Source: Octopus vulgaris
Lineage: Eukaryota
Assembly (NCBI GenBank): GCA_951406725.2
Contig: OX597826.1
Coordinates: 67,828,001 to 67,892,000, forward strand
Length of the DNA: 64,000 nucleotides
Direction of reading: 5' to 3'
A program made the translations under genes and the position numbers. The notes under the pieces were generated by a model, which worked only from the letters and a program-made list of their open reading frames with translations, was not told where the DNA came from and did no database searches. Positions 55,430-64,000 of this stretch are shown in pieces (the first letter of the stretch is position 1; every line of letters begins with the position of its first letter).

Positions 55430-56680
55430 TTGGCCAAGTTGCCCTCATGTAAGCAAATGAAATATATTTTTGAAATGGCCCCCAGCCCTCGCAATCCACA
55501 CACATCTTCCATTGGTGTTGCAGTGCTTGGATTCCAGTAGTGAAAAAGGTCTCATCCCGTTAGTCAGAAATATTCGCGATAGGAGATATGACATCACGAT
55601 CACTATACTACTGGTTACCAACCAAGTATTTTGTTTATGTTGAGGAACAGATGATAGTCATATGGGTCCAAATCAGGAGAATAGCGATGATGATCCACCA
55701 GTTCAAAGCCACAGTCACGCACAGAAGCCTTTGGAACCAAGTATTTGTGCGCTGGAGAATTGTCCTGATTAAACAAAAACACTTTCGCCAATCTTCCAGG
55801 GTGTTTCGTCTTGAGAGCCTTTTGTATGAAACTCAGCAAGATGGCATAGCACTCGCCGATGCTGATGTAGCCCTATGGAATATAATCAATAAACACGAAG
55901 CCCTTTTCATTCCCCCCTCCCCCCCAAAAAAAAACGAGGTTGTCTTCCTCCCTGCAGATGAAACGATCTTGGCCTCCTTTGAAGCAGGCGAGGAAAAGAA
56001 TTTCCACTGCATGGATTGTCTGCTTGTCTCTGGCTGAAAGTGATGAACACAACACTCATCCTAGGTTGGGAAACTTGCAGAAAATAAGACAGATCTGCTT
56101 CAAAGATTATCAGATTTTCCCGTCATAGTGTGATCAACCTGTTGCACTCTTGACCAGATGTCAGAAGACGCTGGTATCTCCCAAGCAGAAAACTTCATCA
56201 TGCCACGTTCATTGTGTAGATTATTGTCATCTCTCTCGCGGGATATGTTAATAGCATTGGCTATTTGGTTCATAATCAATCACCTATCAACCATCGCAAT
56301 ATGGTGAACACGATTAATATTTCCCACCAAGTTGTTAGTTGCTGGACGTCCAGAAGCAGGGTCATATTCACGACTGTTGAAGCTGGATCGTTATCTCCTA
56401 ATGAAGCAACTATGTGAACATGGATGTTCCTCGGGGTTAAAGCATTTCTTCTGTAGAAACTTAATAATACCATGATGCCAAACTTTGTCTCCTTTGAAGA
56501 AAAGTTACTACAAGCTACTACTGAAGTCTTTCAAATGCCAGAAATCAATTTCTCTAGAAAAATAAGAAAAAAAAAACACAATACCGGTATTAATAAGTGT
56601 TGAGTTTAATGCATTCAAGATTTCATAGGCCTAGCATCACTCCTTCATAGTGAGCCTATGAACGTTTCAGTACCTCTTTG
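55430..56680 (-). mobile_element. Near-full-length decayed mariner
   Basis: KGFVFIDY, FNQDNSPAHK, GFELVDHHRYSPDLDPYDYHLF; N-terminus LTPRNIH..IVASLGD. Confidence 0.88.
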
Positions 56681-56686
56681 TGTATA

Positions 56687-56794
<108 letters not shown>

Positions 56795-56842
56795 GCCTAT
56801 GATGCAGGAAACATTCGCATCATAGGCAACATGTTAAGCAAA

Positions 56843-57520
56843 TACACGAAGGGGCTGAAAAGTTTGAGGCTTCAGTTAAAGAGGCGATGATTGAGAAGGA
56901 GGTCTTATTGCAATGATGCGGACCATCCGCTGTAAAAGCTTCATGATATTCTAGAAAACCTGTGAATATAAAATAAAGAAGATTATAGGGGTGAAGAAAC
57001 ACGATGTCGTTCTAACAAACCGATGTCTGTTTACTTTATTGCTACTGGGAGAGGAGTACAACAGTCAACACATTTCCTTCAATGGTGAAATCCACAGGTG
57101 TCTTGGAGACAACTTCGGAGTTGAATTCAGAGATCTTAGCCATACTCACTGTTTCATCTTGGGATTTTCGAGGTGAATAGCCCAAACTGGAAAGAGAGTC
57201 AGGAGGTAATCAGTGAAGCAACAACATCATTAAGATATCCTAACAACACTTTTATCGTTAGCTGTTTACCCTCCTCGCCTTTTCTAACGAATAGCAGGGA
57301 AACTCTTCTATTCAGAGCTTGTTGGTCCTCACAAAAGCATTTTCGACCCATTCGCGTCCGTCTTCCACTTGTAACTCATATTCCGTACATACTACCAGCT
57401 CTGGCAGTAACCATTCCGCTCAGACAATCAATTCGTCAACATCGACGCTCTGTGCCTGGTAAGCCTGTAACCGGCGACTTGCGTAAAATTAAGTGGAACA
57501 TTAATCATAGGAATAATGCT
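56843..57520 (-). mobile_element. Highly decayed mariner-like relic
   Basis: TIR-like ACGAAGGGGCTGAAAAGTTTGAGGC; only weak transposase similarity internally. Confidence 0.45.
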
Positions 57521-57764
57521 GACTAGACCAGAAAATAAGCAATAAAATTAATAATTGAATATGGTAAAAACTTGGCACGATGGTGTTTTCCTTGACGGAC
57601 CATTTTATTGACTATATTCTCATTCCCATTTGCAGAGGAACTCTGACCCACACTCATATATACAAAAGCATTCACACACATATTTACTTATATGCAAATA
57701 AATATATAGATCTCTCTGTCTCTCTCTGTCTCTGTCTCTCTCTCTCTTTCTCTCTCTCTCTATG

Positions 57765-57820
<56 letters not shown>

Positions 57821-57985
57821 TACCAACGAGAAATGAAATGGTTTACTCGTGAAGACAATGCATTGATCGGTCCAGGAATCGAAACTGCAAAGTTACAATC
57901 TAGAATATAACAACCCTAACGACTAAATCACGTAGTGCATCACACGCATAGTCACACATACATGTATATTAATATATATATACAT

Positions 57986-58031
<46 letters not shown>

Positions 58032-58082
58032 TATATATATTATATATATATGTATATATATATATATATATGTATATATAAC

Positions 58083-58136
<54 letters not shown>

Positions 58137-58137
<1 letters not shown>

Positions 58138-58256
58138 GCGCAGGCGTGCCTCGGTGGTAAGAAGCTTATCCGAACCACATGCTTCCAGATTCAGTCCCAC
58201 TCTGTGGCATCTTGGGCAAGTGTCGTCTACCATAGCCTTGTGAGTGGAAGCCCGTC

Positions 58257-58315
<59 letters not shown>

Positions 58316-58530
58316 AACATGTATATATGTATGTATGTGTGCGTCTGTGTTTGTACCCCCCACCATCGCTTGACTGCCGATGTTGGTGTATTTACGTTTC
58401 TGTAACTTAGCGGTTCGCTAAAAGATTCCGCTAGAATAAGTACTAAGCTCACACAATAAATTGTGGGGTCGATTTGTTCGATTAAAGGCGGTACATAGGC
58501 GCAGTCATATGACTGAAACTTGTAAAAGAA
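58137..58530 (+). mobile_element. SINE family B
   Basis: Head GGCGCAGGCGTG, CTTGGGCAAGTGTC, internal (TA)n, tail. Confidence 0.88.
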
Positions 58531-59320
58531 TATTTGTGTGTGTGCTTGTGTGTATGTGTGTGTACATGTTTGTGTGTGTGTGCGTTTTCTGCGGTTATTT
58601 GGTAAACGGTGCCGAATTTTACTCTTCTGTAAATAATAGTAATGATATTTTTCCATAAGCCTATAAGCGATCATCGTGCGTTGACGAAGACAAGTAGTCT
58701 AATATTGGGACATAGACGCCCTCAACGGAAAAAGCTAGGGTTGAAAATTATAGTTCTTAAATCTGTGTATATTAGTGTGAATGGTAGTACACTTGTCGCG
58801 AATACTTTGCGATGTGGTTTTGAATTCCATGCATTCTGCAAGTCCTACATTTTTTTTCTCTTCGAGAGCTTATATGCCCCGATATTAGACTATTGTTATT
58901 ACTGGTATTTTATATATGTAAAGCATAATCTGTTATACATGTATGTATACAGTTTTTTTCGAAAATTATATAGACATACTATAATGTCTAAAAGTTGATG
59001 AATACCACATCTTTATTCCCCTCCATTTTCTTATTGCCGTATAACTTACGGGTAAAACAACTTTTTACCCTCGGCCAATTATTACATTCAATAATGTAAT
59101 TGCCATGCAATAAAAACAATTGTGTATTAATAATTGGGCATTCTAACAGCAGAATATTGGATAGATATTATCCCTTAGTTGGATGGATTCACAATATCTA
59201 ACTCTCCTATTTCTCCATTTTCTTATTTTGTATTAGTAATTTGTGGTAAATCATTTTACCTTTGCCCATATAATACAGTAGATGAATTGATTGCATCGCA
59301 ATCATTAACATTTATGTATT

Positions 59321-59485
59321 ACTTTGTTGGGTACTTCACTAGAAGTATATTGGATATAGGTTATCCCTATCTCAATTTGTATGTTATCCCTATCTCAATT
59401 TGTATATATATATATATATATATATACAAATTGAGATAGGGATAACGTATATCCAATATACTGCTAGTGAAGTACCCAACAAAGT
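59321..59485. repeat. Inverted repeat centred on a (TA)n tract
   Basis: ACTTTGTTGGGTACTTCACTAG...CCCTATCTCAATTTGTA-(TA)n-TACAAATTGAGATAGGG...CTAGTGAAGTACCCAACAAAGT; 23-bp tandem duplication in the left arm. Confidence 0.92.
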
Positions 59486-59737
59486 TAGGGCAGCGGACTA
59501 GCGGTCGTAGAATCGTGGTTTCGATTACCAGACCGGGCGTTGTGAGTGTTTATTGAGCGAAAACACCTAAAAGCTCCACAAGGCTCCGACAGGGGGGGGG
59601 TGATCCTTGCTATACTCTTTCTTCTATTGGTCTGCTCGCTTAGCCAGTGGGGTGGCGTCATTCGAAAACTAAAACAATGCGAACGCATTGTGACCAGCGA
59701 TGTGTAACAACATCTGATGGACTGGTCGGTCACGTGA
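59484..59737 (+). mobile_element. SINE family C, 5'-clipped
   Basis: Matches 41530-41670, then a different tail ending GGTCACGTGA. Confidence 0.85.
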
Positions 59738-59738
59738 T

Positions 59739-59817
<79 letters not shown>

Positions 59818-60908
59818 CGTATGTATGTATGTACTGCCACAACTCCTTACGATCTCCAGTCTACAAAGTAGCTTTAATCAGGACAAAATTGTTTGAATGG
59901 AGGCATATTAAATTTAGAAGAAGATGTCTCTCTTGGAAAGTTAGCTTTCATGTAGTAGATGAATGTATTTACCAATAGATTCGTAACAGACAAGTCTGTA
60001 ATGCATTGCACTGCAGGAAGCCACTCAGCGTCCGTTTCTTGTATTGTTCTCTTTGTTGTATTAAATATTTCAGTTATTGATTTGCGGCCACCCTAGGGCA
60101 CTGGTCTAAAAGCTTTGCAACAATGTTTGTGTGTGTGTGTGGGGGGGGGATGCGTGCGTGCGTGTGCGTGTGTGTCAACACTTAATAGTCGGAGTTGATT
60201 TGTTTACATCACCGTGAATTAGTGGTTCCGCAAAAACTTAGCCAATGCAATAGGTAACGAAACGAAATATTTATTTATTTCATTTTCGGTACACGTTCTG
60301 TTGAATCACTTATCGCCGAACATCTAAGTTACGGTGATGTAAGCAAACTTGCTCCTGTTCTGTAGAGGTAAGAAAGCCCACGCTCACACACACACACACA
60401 CACATACACACACACACGTAACACATACACATACACACACGCATAACACATACACATACACACATATGCGCATGCACACATACATATACACCTGCGAGCA
60501 CGCACACGTACATACACACATGCACATACACAAACGTATACGTGCGCACACACAAACATAGGCACACTCACAGCACACACAGACAGAGATTTCTTCGCAA
60601 AATAAGGTGGAATACAACCACCACCACCACCACCACCGACGCACCTATTGTAAGATCATTGTCCAGGGTGCAAACGATGCTGTTGCTCATTCCTCTGCAC
60701 GGCTACACATTTGAGTCGAATTCTTCCTACTCCCTGCACATTAACCTCGGGATTATTCACGTCCTCTGAAATAAAATTCGACACTTATTTTCAATTTTGC
60801 TAGGTACCTCTTTGCACTCTGGAAACAGAGACGGCCTTATCTCTCTTTCAAGCAGACTTAGACCTCATTCCAGCTGGAGCATTACCCACTATAATGCTGC
60901 GATGTAAA

Positions 60909-61040
60909 GGCGCATGACTCAGTAATTAGAGCGTCGGGCTCACAATCATGAGGTAGTGAGTTTGATACTCAGATCAGGCTGTATGTAGTGTTTTCGAGCA
61001 AGACACTGTATTAATGTTGCTCCAGTTCATTCAGCTGTAA
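60909..61040 (+). mobile_element. SINE family D head fragment
   Basis: GGCGCATGACTCAGTAATTAGAGCGTCGGGCTCACAATCATGAGG...GAGCAAGACACT. Confidence 0.75.
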
Positions 61041-61779
61041 TGTTTATCAAGATCTGGGCGGCGCGGTGTTTCCTGATTTCCAACAGAAGATTGGTTTGCA
61101 ATCCAAGGAACTGAAGAAAGCATATACACAAACACGCAGACCACATCCAATCACCCACCCACACACACACGTACACACATGCACACGTGATTATAATTCT
61201 TTGTTTTCTTCTCGTAGTACACGGGTATAAATGATTTTGTTGGTTTCTGGTTGGCATCCCCATGTTTTCTGCATTAAAAGAGCCTGGCTAAGCGTCTATA
61301 CGGATACGTGACAACGTCTGGACACTTTGGCACTATATTATGACACCTACCAGCACGTCACAGTGGGTGTTTAAAGACTCAAGGGTTCATAAAACCGACT
61401 TCGAATCTTTCACTTACGCTATTAATTATATGTCTTTAGAAATGGATAGTTTATATTCATGTCCTGATCTTATCAACACAATTTGATGCAGGAACTTCTA
61501 ACGAAAGAAAGATTAAAATACTGATGTGATACCGGTAATTGAATATTGCTTCAGTGAGCATATGCTGATTGCAATGATTATGAAAGAAATGAATGTAGCA
61601 ACCTGTATTAAATCGAGAAACTATCTCAATCTCGCCGTATCTGAGCAATTACTCGTTCTAACTATCAAAGAGTTGATATCTGTTCCTCCTGATTCTGTGT
61701 AGGTTGACGACAACGAATTACTCGTTTCAACCAAAACAAGAATCGCGATACTTTTAAAATTACCACAACTGCTCACTTA

Positions 61780-62700
61780 TAAAGAATCCGCTACGTCATA
61801 CTTAGCGCTGCAGAAACGAGCGTTGACAGCAAATGGTGCGCTAGTTCAGAGGAAGCATTCCTTTTACGAAAAGCGGCAGACAGGACATTCCACTCAGGTC
61901 AGACGGGAACTGAATGAAGCATAACTGCAGTAATAGAAGACGATGGCCACGCAGGGGCCTATAATTTCCACCCAACTTTTCAAGGAGAATTTTCTCTCGG
62001 ACCGATTCTGAACGAGACTCGCAATCATACGCGTTATCACATCCCAGCTCTTCTCCATCTAGAGATCTCTATTTCTTTACTACCCACAAGGGGCTAAACA
62101 CAGAGGGGACAAACAAGGACAGACAAACGGATTAAGTCGATTATATCGACCCCTGTGCGTAACTGGTACTTAATTTATCGACCCCGGAAGGATGAAAGGT
62201 TAAGTCGACCTCGGCGGAATTTGAACTCAGAACGTAATGGCAGAAGAAATACGACTACGCATTTCGCCCGGCGTTCTAACGTTTCTGCCAGCTCGCCGCC
62301 TTGTATCTCCATCTAGAGATCTCAACCTAATCAGACACCTAAGATCGAGCTGTTGACCCACCGATTTTTCCGTGCAATTTTTAAAGTTGTGCTAATCGCC
62401 TCCATCTGATTTGTGGCCGATTCAATTACGTTAACGTGGTTTGCATATGTTGGTATATTAATTCCGCAACTTAGTTCGCTCAGAATGTGTTCAATATCTC
62501 TAGTTTCTGCTGCCGTGGCGCAAGCGTCAATACATACACAAAACGAGGGAGGATAATATTGACAAGTTGATGGCAAGAAATTGAGTGGTTTCGATAGGTA
62601 GCTTCTCTGTACCGTTCTCAATCGCAACCGATGTAGCCACGTCCAAGTCGGGAGTAGCATTTATGCAACTCGTTGGCTGCCATACACATATAGAATTGCC
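61780..62700 (-). mobile_element. L1/Tx1-like RT relic interrupted by a SINE
   Basis: TYANHVNVI (degenerate YADDVTV). After removing the SINE it reads LGV*LG*DL*MEKSWD...ERKFSLK...TICCQ. Confidence 0.65.
62070..62305 (-). mobile_element. SINE family A with 18-bp TSD
   Basis: TCTCCATCTAGAGATCTC at 62052-62069 and 62306-62323. Confidence 0.95.
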
Positions 62701-62943
62701 CCAAGTGTTTGTTTTTTTAGTTCTACAATCAAGATCTCTTTCCGGGAAAGGGAATTCCCCACGGAAAAATTAAAATAGCAACACTGCTCAACTACTCATT
62801 TGGAACTACAATGCTTCCATTCATTAAGATGCTGGTATACTCACCGTGTTTGTTATCAAGACCGATACAAATTTTTACAAGAATGTCTGTATGCGTGTTT
62901 ACATGTTTGTTTTTGTATATATGCGTGTATGTGTGTGTGTGTC

Positions 62944-62977
<34 letters not shown>

Positions 62978-63750
62978 TGTATGTATGTATGCATGTATTT
63001 ATGTATGTATGTATGTATGTATGTATGTATGTATGTATGTACGTGTGCTTGTATGAGTGTGCGTACATTGACATATCATGACATCATGAGAGAAATATAG
63101 CAACATTTTCTAAGGAAATATTTAAAGAAAAATAATTTGAAATATATTAACTCATTTGACATTATATGTAACATAATATTTTGTTATTTACTGTACTGAA
63201 ATCACGGAGATGTACTTGCATAGCAAGTGACCTGATCTGAGATCGTGTGCTGGAACGAAAACAAAAACCCTTAGATTCACTTCAACATTTAAATTTAATT
63301 TGTCAAAATAACGCGATATATAATGTTAAGAGCTTGCCATAAGAGTCTTAAATAAAGTCATTGTGCAGGACTTGAAACACTTTTGCTCCTTACATAAAAC
63401 TGGTCCTTAACAAAGCAGTATTCCACGCGGTGTGGTCCAGTGATGGTCGATGTTTGAAATTGGAATTTATTGCTTAACATGTCAAATCGTATTTGTTTCC
63501 CAGAATGAAATCTCCTTAACGAAAGGGGTATTTCTGAGGATTTGAATTGAATCCCGAGTATAAATGCCTCCTCTTATTTTGTAAATCCAGCACTAAAAGT
63601 CGTATCAATGATATGTAAGACATTTTTCAACCAGTGATGTTAGAGTCACAACATAAACGCAGTTTATGTTGCGTAGTACCATAATTACGGACTTATTTAA
63701 ACAATTCTGCTCAATAGCGAACCACTTTCATCTGATCCGCAATAGCATCT

Positions 63751-63799
<49 letters not shown>

Positions 63800-63863
63800 A
63801 GATCGTTATCCAGTACACACATTTTTTTCTCTCCTTGTTTCTCTCCTTGTTTTTTCTTTGTAC

Positions 63864-63899
63864 CTTTCTGTAGAAGAGCGTAGGCTAGAAACGCAAAAG
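63864..63899 (+). ncRNA. Degenerate minimal hammerhead-like motif next to (TA)n
   Basis: CTTT-CTGtAGA-ag-AGCgtagGCT-a-GAAAC-GcA-AAAG. Confidence 0.45.
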
Positions 63900-64000
63900 A
63901 ATTTTTCTATTCCTGAGCGCTATACTAATACATCTGTTTGTTTTGTACACCACCTGTTTTCGCATTTTGTTTTTTCGTAAACTTTCGCTATATACATATA

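Noticed and set aside
63526-63568. GGGTATTT-CTGAGGA...AAATGCC hairpin
   Set aside because: It lacks GAAA and stem III and occurs once, so it may be chance.

Overview
AT-rich, microsatellite-dense eukaryotic non-coding DNA. The SINE families and repeat style suggest an Octopus/coleoid cephalopod genome (inference). There is no intact protein-coding gene, and nearly all ORFs in the supplied track are translations of (TA)n, (CA)n or (TAA)n repeats. The window is a nested set of decayed transposons: a Helitron helicase, three Penelope-like (PLE) RT/GIY-YIG relics, R4/Dong-like, CR1-like and Tx1-like LINE relics, Tc1/mariner, hAT, pogo and piggyBac-like elements, and four tRNA-derived SINE families. 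The main result, found by manual folding, is a set of about 13 type I hammerhead-ribozyme (HHR) motifs in short non-coding elements, many abutting (TA)n arrays. They occur as a 616-bp tandem repeat with one HHR per unit (retrozyme-like, 51755-52845), a perfect 158-bp palindrome carrying an HHR on each strand (29476-29633), and a canonical-core HHR whose 3' half is duplicated in inverted orientation (24724-25310). Two weak minus-strand exon candidates suggest the region may be an intron of an unidentified gene. All folds and coordinates are by eye and need computational confirmation.
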